Origin: an uncultured Chloroflexota bacterium
GTDB taxonomy: Bacteria > Chloroflexota > UBA11872
Direction: 5' to 3'
Assembly: GCA_958296175.1 (NCBI GenBank)
Contig: OY282448.1
Span: 719,899-783,898, forward strand
DNA length: 64,000 bases
Of this stretch, positions 19,338 to 29,205 are shown one piece after another (positions within the stretch are counted from its first letter, which is position 1; each line of letters opens with the position of its first letter). The notes below the pieces were generated by a model, which saw only the letters and a list, made by a program, of their open reading frames with translations, was not told the DNA's origin and did not search any database. The position numbers were made by a program, and so were the translations under genes.

Positions 19338-20807
19338 ATGACCACGCAACGCCCGATCGCAGCGCCGGAGTTCCCGGCCGGGCTGGAATGGGCCAATACC
19401 CGCCGGCCGATCCGCCTGGAGGACTTGCGCGGACGTCTGGTCATCCTGGACTTTTGGACCTTCTGCTGAATCAACTGCCTGCAGCTATTTCCGCAGTTGC
19501 GGAAACTCGAAGAAGCGCACGGGCCGGCGCTGGCGGTCGTGGGCGTGCACACGCCCAAGTTCCCGGCCGAACGCGCAACGTTCAACGTCCGCTTCGCCGC
19601 GCGGCGCCACCGGCTGGAGCATCCGGTCGTCAACGACCCCGACTTCCACATCTGGCAGACCTACGGCGTGCGCGCCTGGCCGACGCTGGTCTTCGTCGAC
19701 CCGCTGGGGAACGTGATCGGGTTCCACGCCGGCGAGGCGCCGTTCGAGGCGCTGGACCGCGCGGTGCGCAACATCCTGGATCGGCATCGGGCGGCCGGCA
19801 ACGTGATCGACACGCCGCTGGACGTGCTGGAGCATGCGCCCGACCTGGACGGTCTGGCGTTCCCCGGCAAGGTGCTGGCCGCCCCGCAGCGGTTGTACGT
19901 CGCCGATTCCGGCCACCACCGCATCGTGGAAACCGACCGCGCGGGCGCGGTGCTGCGCGTGTTCGGCTCGGGAGCGCCCGGCCACCGCGACGGCGCGGCC
20001 GCGCAGGCGCAGTTCACCTATCCGCAAGGCCTGGCGCTGCACGGGGACGTGCTCTACGCGGCGGACACCGAAAACCACCGCATCCGCGCCATCGACCTGG
20101 CGCGCGGGACGGTGGCAACCGCGGCCGGCACGGGCGCGCGCGGCCATCCCGCGCCGGGCGCGCATCCGGCCCTGCAGGCCGAGCTGGCCTCGCCCTGGGA
20201 CCTGGCCTGGCACGCAGGCCGTCTGTTCATTGCCATGGCCGGCATGCATCAGATTTGGGTCATGCATCCGTCGGACGGCACGATCGGGCCGTATGCGGGG
20301 TCGGGCGTGGAAGACTTGCAGGACGGCCCGCTGGACGGCGCCCGCCTGGCGCAGCCCAGCGGCCTGGCCGTGTTCGGCCGGCGGCTGCTGGTGGCCGACA
20401 GCGAAACCAGCGCCGTGCGCTCGCTGCCGCTGGACGGGCGCGGGGACGTCACCACGATCGTCGGCAGCGGCTTGTTCGACTTCGGCGACGTGGACGGCAG
20501 CGGCGGCGAGGTGCGCTTGCAGCACCCGCTGGCCGTGGCGGCGGGGCCCGAGGGCGCGTTCATTGCCGACAGCTACAACAACAAGCTCAAGCGCGTCGAC
20601 CCCGAGCAGCGGCGCGTGACCTCGTGTGCCGGCGCGGCGGCGCACGGCCGCAGCGACGGCCCCGCGGCCCAGGCGCGCTTCCACGAGCCGGGCGGCCTGT
20701 CTCTGGCCGACGGCGCGCTGTACGTCGCCGACACGAACAACCACGCGGTGCGAAAGCTCGATCTGGCCGCCGCCCGCGTGGAAACCCTGGAGATCCACGG
20801 CCTGTAG
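19338..20807 (+). CDS. thioredoxin-fold (redoxin) / NHL-repeat protein with in-frame TGA at 19467 - candidate selenoprotein (UxxC)
   Basis: ATG 19338 after GGGAGG. N-terminal redoxin [18 protein letters not shown], where TGA sits at the first Cys of the CxxC motif. The same frame continues to TAG 20805-20807. Downstream NHL repeats [47 protein letters not shown]. Confidence 0.6.
19488..19505 (+). promoter_or_regulatory. stem-loop 18 nt downstream of the in-frame UGA (possible bacterial SECIS-like element)
   Basis: AUUUCCGC-AGUU-GCGGAAA gives a 7-bp stem and an AGUU apical loop. Position and size are compatible with a minimal bSECIS. Confidence 0.3.
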
Positions 20808-20950
20808 CCGAACGCAGCCTTTTCTTCCTGACCGCGGGCTCTCGTTTTCTTTTCCCGCGCTCCTGCGGGAGGGTGGGGGCGCGCGGGGGGAGGAATGCAC
20901 GTCGCACGGAGGGCGGTGCCGACTTATCCTTGGGGCGACGCGCCGCCGTG

Positions 20951-21808
20951 GAGGAACTGACCACCGTGTTTGCAACGATTGGACGCACCTGGGAGCTCAC
21001 CAAGATGAGCTGGGGCGTGCTGACGAGCGACCGCAAGCTGATTGTGTTTCCGCTGCTGTCGGGGCTGGCGCTGGTGGTGCTGGCCGCGCTGCTCACGGGC
21101 GTGGGGCTGGGCGTGGGCACGCTCGACCGGCTCGGCGGCGGGGCGGTGACCATCGCGGACTTCGCGCTGCTGGCCGTCACCTACTTCCTGCTGGCCTTCG
21201 TCATCATCTACTTCAACGCCGCCTTGATCGGCGCGGCCATGGTGCGGCTGGCCGGGGGCGAACCCACGCTGGGCGACGGGTTTCGGCTGGCCAACCAGCG
21301 GCTGCCCCAGATTGCGGGCTGGGCGCTGATTTCCGCCACGGTGGGCCTGATCCTGCAGGCGCTGCGCAACCAGTCGGAGGACAACTTCCTGGGGCAGATC
21401 GTCATATCCATGGTGGGCGGCATCTGGGCGTATCTGACGTTCTTCGTGGTGCCGGTGCTGGTGGCCGAGGGCGCGGGGCCGATCGAGGCGATCAAGCGCT
21501 CCGGCTCGCTGTTCAAGCGCACCTGGGGCGAGCAGGTGGCGGCGAGCTTCGGCTTCGGCATCGTGGGGCTGATTGCGGCGGTGATCGGGCTGGCGCCCGC
21601 CTTCCTGGTGGCGCAGGTGTCGCCGATGGCCGGCGCGGCGGTGGCGGTGGTCACGGTGGGGCTGGCGATGACGGTCGTCTCGACCCTGGAAGCGATTTTC
21701 AAAGCGGCGCTGTACGGCTACGTGGCGGACGGGCGCGTGGCCGAGGGCTTCTCGCGCGGCACGCTGGAGAGCGCCTACGGCCCGCAGCGCGGGCTGAGCC
21801 GCTTCTAA
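20951..21808 (+). CDS. hypothetical polytopic membrane protein
   Basis: About 6 TM helices with no Cys. Start is uncertain: GTG 20951 or ATG 21005 after GGGAG. Confidence 0.55.
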   Translation, partial: EELTTVFATIGRTWELTKMSWGVLTSDRKLIVFPLLSGLALVVLAALLTGVGLGVGTLDRLGGGAVTIADFALLAVTYFLLAFVIIYFNAALIGAAMVRLAGGEPTLGDGFRLANQRLPQIAGWALISATVGLILQALRNQSEDNFLGQIVISMVGGIWAYLTFFVVPVLVAEGAGPIEAIKRSGSLFKRTWGEQVAASFGFGIVGLIAAVIGLAPAFLVAQVSPMAGAAVAVVTVGLAMTVVSTLEAIFKAALYGYVADGRVAEGFSRGTLESAYGPQRGLSRF

Positions 21809-21821
21809 AGGCCAGATTCAG

Positions 21822-22556
21822 TTGAGCGGCACGCACACGGGGCGGCGCGCGGCCGTCTACGGCGCCAGCAGCGGCATGGGGCGGGCCAGCGCCCTGGCGC
21901 TGGCCCGCGCCGGCGCCGACGTGGCCCTGCTGGCGCGCAACGCCCAGGCGCTGGACGAGGCGGCCGCCGAGATTCGGGCGCTGGGGCGCGCCGGCGAGGT
22001 CATCCCCGTGGACGTGCAGGACCCCGCCGCGGCGCGCGCGTCGGTCACGGCCATCGTGGACGCGCTGGGCGGGATAGACGTGCTGGTCTACGCCACCGGC
22101 TGGAACATCCCCAACCGCGCGTTCGAACGGCTGAGCCCCGCGGACTGGGACCTGATGCAGCGCACGAACCTGTGGGGGCTGTACGACGTGGTGCAGGCCG
22201 CGCTGCCGGAGCTGCGCAGGTCTGGGGCGCGGGTGGTCGTCGTCTCGTCCGCCTGCGTGCAGCTGCCCGACGTCTCCGGCATCGCCTACCAGACCACCAA
22301 GCACGCCGAGGTGGGGTTCGTGCACGGGCTGATGCAGGAGGAAGCCGCCAACGGCATTCGCGCCACCGTGCTGTTCCCGGGGCTGACCGAAACGCCCATG
22401 CTGGGCCGCCGGCCGACCCCAACGCCTGCGGAGGTGGTGGCGCAGGCGCTGCAACCCGAAGACGCGGCGCAGGCGGTGGTCTTCGTCACCTCGCTGCCGC
22501 CGCGGGCCTACGTGCCCGAACTGATGCTGCTGCCGGCCGCCATCCAGCAGCGGTAG
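21822..22556 (+). CDS. SDR-family short-chain dehydrogenase/reductase
   Basis: VYGASSGMGRA (TGxxxGxG) and YQTTK (YxxxK). Confidence 0.85.
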   Translation: MSGTHTGRRAAVYGASSGMGRASALALARAGADVALLARNAQALDEAAAEIRALGRAGEVIPVDVQDPAAARASVTAIVDALGGIDVLVYATGWNIPNRAFERLSPADWDLMQRTNLWGLYDVVQAALPELRRSGARVVVVSSACVQLPDVSGIAYQTTKHAEVGFVHGLMQEEAANGIRATVLFPGLTETPMLGRRPTPTPAEVVAQALQPEDAAQAVVFVTSLPPRAYVPELMLLPAAIQQR

Positions 22557-22619
22557 CCCAACCCGCCGGCGGCGCGGCCGGCGTATGCTGCCAGGGTCTC
22601 GCGCAGCGGCGGCCCGCCC

Positions 22620-24008
22620 ATGCCTCACGACCAATCGCTGCACCTGCTGTGCCACCCGTGGGAGGTGCAGACGGCGGTGCACGTGCGCCGCACCTGGAAC
22701 CGGCCGGCCCGCGTGCAGATGGACCCGGTGCTCGCGCCCACGGAACCGTGGGAAGGCGGCTCGGTCATCGTCTGGGGCACGGCGCACCGCGACCCGGCCA
22801 GCGGGCAGTTGCAGCTCTGGTACGAGGCCTGGAACCCGGGCCGCGGGCGCGCGGTGCCGCTGGACACGCTGGTGTGCTACGCCACCTCGCGGGACGGGGT
22901 GACCTGGGACAAGCCGGACCTGGGGATTTACGCCTGGAACGGCAGCCGCGCCAACAACATTTGCTGGATGATGCGCGGCACGGGTCCCTGGAACTATCTG
23001 GACAGCCCGCGCGTGTTGATCGACCCTGCCGCGCCCGCGGCGCGGCGCTACCGCATGGTGATCTACGCGCGCGCGCGTCCCAGCCGCCGGCACGCGTTCT
23101 TCGTGCTGACCAGCGCCGACGGGGTGCATTGGACCTGGCGCGACGAGCCGTTCCTGACCGAGAGCGGCGACCGCTTCCACTGCATCTACGACGACCGGCG
23201 GGGCGAATATTGGCTGACCTCGCGCCGCGCGCACCTGTCGCGCGATTACGCGGCCCAGCCGCGCCGCCTGGGCATTCGCAGCATTGCCCGCTGGCGCAGC
23301 CCGAACCTGCGGGACTGGTCCGCGCCCGACCAGCTGCTGCAGCCCGACGACGCCGACCCGCCGGACGCCGAGTTCTACAGCATGTATCCCATGACCGCCG
23401 GCGCGGGCTATCTGGGCTACCTGGAGTTCTACGACCGCTTTGTGGAACGGCTGCACACCGAGCTGGTGGTGAGCCGCGGCGGCGACGCCTGGCAGCGGCT
23501 GGAACGCACGCCCTGGCTCGACCGCGGCACCGAGGGCGCCTGGGACGACATGTGGGTGTTTCCCTCCAGCAACGACCCGCTGGTGGTTGGCGACCGCATG
23601 CTGGCGCCGTTTGGCGGCCGCTCCACGGCCCACAGCGGCAGGCGGCAGCCGATGTACCCGCCGCGCTGCAGCATTGGCCTGGCCGCCTTCGGCCGCGACC
23701 GCTGGGCGGCGCTCACGGCCGGCCAGGACGGCGGCGAGTTCGTGACCGAACCGATCGAGCCGACCGGCGGCCGGCTGTGGCTCAACCTCGACGCGGAGTT
23801 TGGCGAGGTGCGCGTGGCCGTGCTGGGCGAGTTCGACGGGCCAATCGAGGGATTGACGCACGACGACGCCCTGCCGCTGACGCACGACGCGGTCGACGCG
23901 CGCGTCCGCTGGCGGACGCGCGACACCCTGGCCGACCTGCGCGGCCGCCGCGTGCGCCTCCACGTCAAAGCCGCCCGCGCCAGCGTCTACGCCTTCCGCC
24001 TCGACTGA
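22620..24008 (+). CDS. beta-propeller glycoside-hydrolase-like protein (GH43/GH130-type fold), function uncertain
   Basis: 462 aa with repeated W/Y-rich blades (WYEAWNPG, YATSRDGVTWDKPDLGIYAWNG, ADGVHWTWRD). Family assignment by eye only. Confidence 0.4.
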   Translation: MPHDQSLHLLCHPWEVQTAVHVRRTWNRPARVQMDPVLAPTEPWEGGSVIVWGTAHRDPASGQLQLWYEAWNPGRGRAVPLDTLVCYATSRDGVTWDKPDLGIYAWNGSRANNICWMMRGTGPWNYLDSPRVLIDPAAPAARRYRMVIYARARPSRRHAFFVLTSADGVHWTWRDEPFLTESGDRFHCIYDDRRGEYWLTSRRAHLSRDYAAQPRRLGIRSIARWRSPNLRDWSAPDQLLQPDDADPPDAEFYSMYPMTAGAGYLGYLEFYDRFVERLHTELVVSRGGDAWQRLERTPWLDRGTEGAWDDMWVFPSSNDPLVVGDRMLAPFGGRSTAHSGRRQPMYPPRCSIGLAAFGRDRWAALTAGQDGGEFVTEPIEPTGGRLWLNLDAEFGEVRVAVLGEFDGPIEGLTHDDALPLTHDAVDARVRWRTRDTLADLRGRRVRLHVKAARASVYAFRLD

Positions 24009-24012
24009 GACC

Positions 24013-24028
24013 CGGGCCTGCGCCCGGC
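24013..24028. terminator. GC hairpin between convergent genes (ccgggc-ctgc-gcccgg)
   Basis: 6-bp perfect stem 5 nt after the stop at 24008. No U-tract, as is common at high GC. Confidence 0.3.
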
Positions 24029-24096
24029 AGGCAACGTTTCGGCAATTACCGTTCCCCCCGCCCCCATCGCTCCTTCCCCTCCTCCCGCCGCCCGTT

Positions 24097-24125
24097 CCCC
24101 GCGCCCCGCGCTGCGGGGCGCGGGG
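24097..24125. terminator. strong GC stem-loop downstream of the minus-strand MFS gene (ccccgcgc...gcgcgggg)
   Basis: 8-bp outer stem with a nested inner stem; located 40 nt past the MFS stop. Confidence 0.3.
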
Positions 24126-24164
24126 ACGGCGCACGCGCGCGGGTGACGAGCCGCGGGCGAACGA

Positions 24165-25316
24165 TTACAAGGGTCGGCGGCGGACGAGGGTGCTCAGCGC
24201 AAGCGCCAGCAGGGCCAGGACAGCGCCGCCGATGAAGGGCACCTGATGGCCGTAGGCTTCCCACAGCAGGCCGCCGCTGACGGGGACGATTACCGCCGCC
24301 ACGTGGTTCATGGTCTGCCCCGCCGCCAGGCTGGGCAGCAGGTCGTCGGGCCGCACCAGAATCCGGCGCAGGTAGGTGGTGATGCCGACCTCGGCGCTGA
24401 AAAACAGGTTGTCCAGCACGTAAAGCGCCAGCAGCGCGGCCAGCGAGGGGATCAGCGCGTAGCCGGTGAAGACCAGCGCCAGGGCCGCAAACGCCGCCAT
24501 CAGGATCGGGCGCTCGCCCACGGCGTCGATCAGCCGCCCGCAGGTGTAGGCGGCCGCGATCGTGACCACCGCGTTGACGAGGCCCAGCATGGCCACGGTC
24601 TGCACGCCGAGGCCGTGGTTCCGCACCAGCAGAAAGATCGCAAAGGTCATGAAGATGTGGCGGCGGCCGCCGTCCAGCAGCGTCAGCGCGTAGTAGACCC
24701 AGTAGCGCCGCCGCAGCACTACGCGCGGGGGCGTCCCCAGCCGCCCCATGCCCCGCAGCTGAAAGACCGCCGCCGCGCCCAGGGCGATGGATATGCCGGA
24801 CAGAATGAAGAGCGGGCGGATGCCGATGGTGGACACCAGCGCGGCCACCAGACCGATGCCGGCCAACAGCGCCGCCGCCGAGATGGAACGCAGCTGCCCC
24901 AGCCGGCGCCCCTGGGTCGCCTGCGTGCTGAGCCGCAGCGCGATGGTGCCGGAGACGGGCAGCCAGAGGTGGAACCCCACGCTGGCGATCAGCGAGAAGA
25001 CCACCAGCGACTCGATGGTTTGCACGTGGGCGAAGTTCAGATAGCCCACGGCCACCAGCAGCATCGCGGCGGCGCCGATCAGCGGCTCGGCAATGGTGAT
25101 GACCGCCGCTCCGATAGCCAGCGTCAGCAGGCCGGGGATTTCACGGATGGTTTCCAGCAGGCCGAGCTGACTGGGCCGAATGCCCAACTCCTCGACCATG
25201 AAATTGACCGAGACGGTGATGAACAGGGCGAACCCGAAGCCGAAACAGAACGTGGCGGCGGCCAGCCAGGCATAGGGCGGCACGCGCCGGCCGGCGGTGC
25301 GCGCGGGGATGTCCAC
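24165..25316 (-). CDS. MFS transporter
   Basis: 383 aa with 12 TM helices and loop motif GRLIDAVGERP. Confidence 0.8.
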   Translation of the reverse strand: MDIPARTAGRRVPPYAWLAAATFCFGFGFALFITVSVNFMVEELGIRPSQLGLLETIREIPGLLTLAIGAAVITIAEPLIGAAAMLLVAVGYLNFAHVQTIESLVVFSLIASVGFHLWLPVSGTIALRLSTQATQGRRLGQLRSISAAALLAGIGLVAALVSTIGIRPLFILSGISIALGAAAVFQLRGMGRLGTPPRVVLRRRYWVYYALTLLDGGRRHIFMTFAIFLLVRNHGLGVQTVAMLGLVNAVVTIAAAYTCGRLIDAVGERPILMAAFAALALVFTGYALIPSLAALLALYVLDNLFFSAEVGITTYLRRILVRPDDLLPSLAAGQTMNHVAAVIVPVSGGLLWEAYGHQVPFIGGAVLALLALALSTLVRRRPL

Positions 25317-25378
25317 GGGGTGGTTGGCCGCCGACGTCTGGCGCGCCTGGCTGCGGCGCAGGCGCCGGCGTCAGCCCG

Positions 25379-25594
25379 TCAGCGGCGCAGCCGCCCCTTC
25401 CCGTCGCACTTGGGGCACGTGCCGCTCAGTTCGTGCCAGCCGCCCGGCTTGGAGGGGTCGGGCCAGCGTTCGTTGACCGCGCCCGTGCCTTCGCAGCGCG
25501 TGCAGACGGGGCCCGTTGGCGGCAGAAAGCGGGGCAGCAGCAGCACCCCCGCCACGATCAAGGCGGTGGCGATGAGCCAAACTTCGAGCGGCAT
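25379..25594 (-). CDS. small membrane protein with C-terminal zinc-ribbon (CxxC...CxxC)
   Basis: 71 aa: TM helix LIATALIVAGVLLLP, then CTRCEGTG...CPKCDGKG. ATG 25594. Confidence 0.4.
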   Translation of the reverse strand: MPLEVWLIATALIVAGVLLLPRFLPPTGPVCTRCEGTGAVNERWPDPSKPGGWHELSGTCPKCDGKGRLRR

Positions 25595-25746
25595 CCCAGC
25601 CCCCAGCGCGCGTCCAGCGGCGCGCCTCAGTATAGAGGGAGCCTGGGTGCCTCTGGCGGCGGCCAGGTGACTTCGGCGGGCTTTGCGCCGGAAGGACGGG
25701 GAGTGTGACGGGGGCGGTCTGGGCGTTGGGGGCGGCGGCTGGCTGG

Positions 25747-27015
25747 TTAGCTGGCCGCTGCGGGGATGGGGCGGCCTTCGATGTGGGCGACGAAGTCTTC
25801 GCGGAAGCGGCGGGCGGCGCCGCGGACGGGTTGGTGGGCAAACTGGCCCAGGCCGCAGAACGAGGCCATCATGCTGGCGCCCAGTTCCTCCAGCAGCTCC
25901 AGGTCGTCCATGGTTCCCTGGCCGTGCAAGATGCGTTCGCAAATCTGCACGAGGTTCGGCGCGCCCTCGCGGCAGGGGATGCAGAACCCGCAGCTTTCTT
26001 CCTCGAAGAAGAGCGCGTCGCGGTAGGCCACGTCCACCATATCGGTGGTTTCGTCGAAGACCACCACGCCGCCGGTGCCCATGATGGTGCCCAGCGCGCC
26101 CATGGACTTGGGTTCCAGGGCGGCGTCCAGCTCGTTCGGGGTGAGCGGCGCGGACGACGCGCCGCCGGGCTTGAAGCCTTTGAGCCCGCGCCCGCCGGCC
26201 ACGCCGCCGCCGTAGTCGTAGATCAGCTCCCGCGCGGTGACGCCCATGGGGAGCTCGTGCACGCCTGGTTCGGCCACGTGGCCGGACAGGCAGTACATCT
26301 TGGTGCCCGCGGCCTCGCCGCGCCCCAGGTCTTGGAACCACTCGGCGCCGTTGCGCATGATGTCGGGCACGGCGGAGAGGGTTTCGACGTTGTTGATGGC
26401 CGTGGGGAGGCCCCACACGCCGACGTTGGTGGGGAAGGGCGGCTTGTAGCGCGGGTTGCCGCGCTTGCCTTCCAGCGAATTGAACAGCGCGGTTTCTTCG
26501 CCCACGATGTAGGCGCCGGCGCCGCGGCGGAAGGTGATGTCGAAGTCAAAGCCGGACGTGCCGAGAATGCCGCTGCCCAGGAAGCCGGCGGCGTAGGCGT
26601 CGCGGATGGCGGCCTGCGTGCGCTCGTGCGCCAGCCCATATTCGCCGCGGATGTACACGTATCCCAGCGTGGCGTGGCAGGCGTAGGCCGCGATGATCAT
26701 CCCCTCCAGCATGAGGTGGGGGTCCAGCTCCAGCGAGTAGCGGTTCACGTAGGTGCCTGGTTCGCTCTCGTCGCCGTTGACGACCACGTAGCGCGGGGTC
26801 TTGGGATCCTTGCGCACGAACTCCCACTTCAGGCCGGTGGGGAAGAACGCGCCGCCGCGTCCGCTGAGGCCCGAGGCCTTGATCAGGTCCGAGACGTCCT
26901 CCGGCGTCATCTCGCGCAGCACGCGCGCCAGGGCCGTGTAGCCGCCGGCGGCGCGGTAGCTGTCGAGCGTCCACGACTGCGGGTTGCCGAAGTTCTTGGT
27001 GACGACCAGGCTCAT
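25747..27015 (-). CDS. nuoF: NADH-quinone oxidoreductase subunit F-like flavoprotein (NuoF/HoxF/FdsB family)
   Basis: GRGGAFFPTGLKW, the FMN/NADH site and the C-terminal 4Fe-4S motif CGFCIPCREG. Confidence 0.85.
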   Translation of the reverse strand: MSLVVTKNFGNPQSWTLDSYRAAGGYTALARVLREMTPEDVSDLIKASGLSGRGGAFFPTGLKWEFVRKDPKTPRYVVVNGDESEPGTYVNRYSLELDPHLMLEGMIIAAYACHATLGYVYIRGEYGLAHERTQAAIRDAYAAGFLGSGILGTSGFDFDITFRRGAGAYIVGEETALFNSLEGKRGNPRYKPPFPTNVGVWGLPTAINNVETLSAVPDIMRNGAEWFQDLGRGEAAGTKMYCLSGHVAEPGVHELPMGVTARELIYDYGGGVAGGRGLKGFKPGGASSAPLTPNELDAALEPKSMGALGTIMGTGGVVVFDETTDMVDVAYRDALFFEEESCGFCIPCREGAPNLVQICERILHGQGTMDDLELLEELGASMMASFCGLGQFAHQPVRGAARRFREDFVAHIEGRPIPAAAS

Positions 27016-27533
27016 CGAGCGCCTCGGGCGCGCAGGTCGTCCAGCAGGGCGCGCGCTTTGTCGGCGGTCATGGGTCCGTGCTGTTCCAGGTTCACCATCA
27101 GCGCCGGCTGCAAGTCGCAGAGTCCCAGGCAGGAGACCGACTCGGTTTCGAACAGGCCGTCCTCGGTCACCTCGCCCACGCGCGCGCCCAGCGCCTGGTT
27201 GAAGGCGTGCAGCACCTGCGGCGCGCCCGTCAGATGGCAGCTCAGGTCGCGGCAGACCCGCAGCACGTAGGCGGCGGCGGGCTTGCGGTGGAACATGGAG
27301 TAGAAGGTCAGCACGCCGAAGACTTCGCTCTCCGGCAGACGCAGTTCCTTGGCGATCAGCGTCACGGCTTCGGGCGGCACGTAGGAAAAGATGTCCTGCG
27401 CCGCGTACAGGGCTTCCAGGGTGGTCCCCGGCTCGTCGCGCAAGGGGGCCAGCGCCTGGCGCAGCTGGTCGAGCTTGGGCCGCTCGGCGTCGTCCAGCGT
27501 GGCGCGGCGCGGCGCGCCGCTGTGGATCGCCAT
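27012..27533 (-). CDS. nuoE: NADH-quinone oxidoreductase subunit E-like 2Fe-2S protein (NuoE/HoxE/FdsG family)
   Basis: ATG 27533. CRDLSCHLTG...SCLGLCDLQPALMVN 2Fe-2S motif. Stop overlaps the nuoF start. Confidence 0.8.
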   Translation of the reverse strand: MAIHSGAPRRATLDDAERPKLDQLRQALAPLRDEPGTTLEALYAAQDIFSYVPPEAVTLIAKELRLPESEVFGVLTFYSMFHRKPAAAYVLRVCRDLSCHLTGAPQVLHAFNQALGARVGEVTEDGLFETESVSCLGLCDLQPALMVNLEQHGPMTADKARALLDDLRARGAR

Positions 27534-27754
27534 GAAGCCTCCCGCACCAGGAACGCGAACGGCCGCGCAGGCCCGAGCGCAGACGCCGCGCGCCGACAAC
27601 TGGACGCAGAGTTTACCACCGGCGGCGGAGGCGCCGCGGGCCGCGAGGGACGAGCTCCTGGCCGCTGGCCGCAAGGCGCGAAGTGCGAGGCGCGAGGCGC
27701 AGGTCCCTGGCCGCGAGGCGCGGGACCCGAGGCCCTAGCCGCGGACGGCCGCCC

Positions 27755-28969
27755 TCACCCCTCCGCCGCGCCTTCCGGGTCGAGCGTCCACAGTTCGCGG
27801 CCCCAGACCATCACGAAGACCACCACGGCCACGCTCAGGCCGCCGCCAACGGCCAGCGCCGCGGACGTGTCGATGCGGTCGGCGATGATGGACATGGGCA
27901 GCAGCCCCAGCGGCGTGAGTCCCCAGCTGAGCATCCAGATCGACAGCACGCGCCCGCGCAGGCGGTCGGGCGCCAGCAGCTGCAAGATCGACTGGTTGGT
28001 GGACATGTAGACCGCGGAAAAGAACCCGGCGACGGCCAGCACCGCGCCGGTGGCCAGAGGCGCGCGGGTGAAGGCCACCGCCACCACCAACGCGCCGTAG
28101 GCGCCGGCGGCCAGCATGGCCGCCGGGCCCTTGCGCCGATGGCCGGCATAGAGCACCACCACCAGCGAGCCGACCACCGCGCCCACGCCCAGCGCGCCCA
28201 TCAGCAGCCCCAGCTCTTCGGCCCCCGCGCGCAGGTTCTCCTTCACGAAGGCCGGCAGCAGCATGATCATGGGCATGCTGAACAAGGCGGGCGACAGGTT
28301 CAGCAGCAGGAGCGCCGTGAGCGGGCGCGACCCCCGCACATAGCGAAACCCCTCCGCCATGGCGCCCAGCGTCGACCCGCGCGCGCGCGGATGCTGATTG
28401 CCGCCGCGCACGGTCAAGAGGTTGAGCGTGCTCCACACGTAGCCAGCCGTCTGCACGAAGTAGGTGCCGGCAATGCCGATCAGCCCCACCAGGAACCCGG
28501 CCAGCGTTGGCCCCACCACGCGCGAGGCGTTCATGGTGGTGTTGGTCAGCGCCACGGCGTTGCTGAGCTCGCGGCGCGGAACCAGGTCGGACACCAGCGC
28601 GTTGCGCGCCGGGACGCTGAGGGCGAACGACGCGCCGACGGTGACCCCGGCCACGGCCAGGTGCCAGATGTCCACGGCGTTCAAGGCCACCAGCACGCCC
28701 ACGCTCAGCCCGGACAGGCTCATCAGGATTTGCATCGATATCAGCAGCCGCACGCGGTCGACCCGGTCGGCCAGCACGCCGCCGAACGGGGACAGCAGCA
28801 GCATGGGGATGGAGCGAAAGAAGGCCAGCAGGCCCAGGATGAATTCTGAATCCGTCAGCTCCACCACCAGCCAGCCCTGCGCGAGCGACTGCATCCAGAA
28901 GCTCATGGTGGTGCCCAGGTTGGCGCGCCACAGACGGCTGTAGTCGCGGTTGGCCAGCGCGGGGAACAT
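27755..28969 (-). CDS. MFS transporter
   Basis: ATG 28969. 12 TM helices; LADRVDRVRLL loop motif. Confidence 0.8.
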   Translation of the reverse strand: MFPALANRDYSRLWRANLGTTMSFWMQSLAQGWLVVELTDSEFILGLLAFFRSIPMLLLSPFGGVLADRVDRVRLLISMQILMSLSGLSVGVLVALNAVDIWHLAVAGVTVGASFALSVPARNALVSDLVPRRELSNAVALTNTTMNASRVVGPTLAGFLVGLIGIAGTYFVQTAGYVWSTLNLLTVRGGNQHPRARGSTLGAMAEGFRYVRGSRPLTALLLLNLSPALFSMPMIMLLPAFVKENLRAGAEELGLLMGALGVGAVVGSLVVVLYAGHRRKGPAAMLAAGAYGALVVAVAFTRAPLATGAVLAVAGFFSAVYMSTNQSILQLLAPDRLRGRVLSIWMLSWGLTPLGLLPMSIIADRIDTSAALAVGGGLSVAVVVFVMVWGRELWTLDPEGAAEG

Positions 28970-29072
28970 GCGGGCGCGCACGCGCCGCAGCGGCGAGCCG
29001 CGGTCGGGACCGCCCGCCGCCGGCGCTGGCGGCGCAGCGCGCGGCGTCTCGCCGCCAGTCACTGGGAACCTC

Positions 29073-29188
29073 CGTCTTCCCCTCTCCCTCCCAGGGAGAG
29101 GGCAGGAACCCGCCGACCGCCAACCCGCGCCCGCTCCCCGTCTTCCCCTCTCCCTGAGAGGGAGAGGGCAGGGTGAGGGTCGGCGCCC
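29073..29188. repeat. palindromic repeat element, locus 3 (two copies of gtcttcccctctccc-N-gggagagggcagg, the second followed by gtgagggtcgg)
   Basis: Seen directly at 29073-29107 and 29139-29183. Confidence 0.6.
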
Positions 29189-29205
29189 ACGTCCGCCACC
29201 GGGTG

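Noticed and set aside
19464-19472. Reading the TGA at 19467 as a gene boundary or frameshift between two genes
   Set aside because: Both sides are in the same frame. The upstream 43 codons encode the start of a redoxin domain that only makes sense fused to the downstream part, and the TGA aligns with the catalytic Cys.
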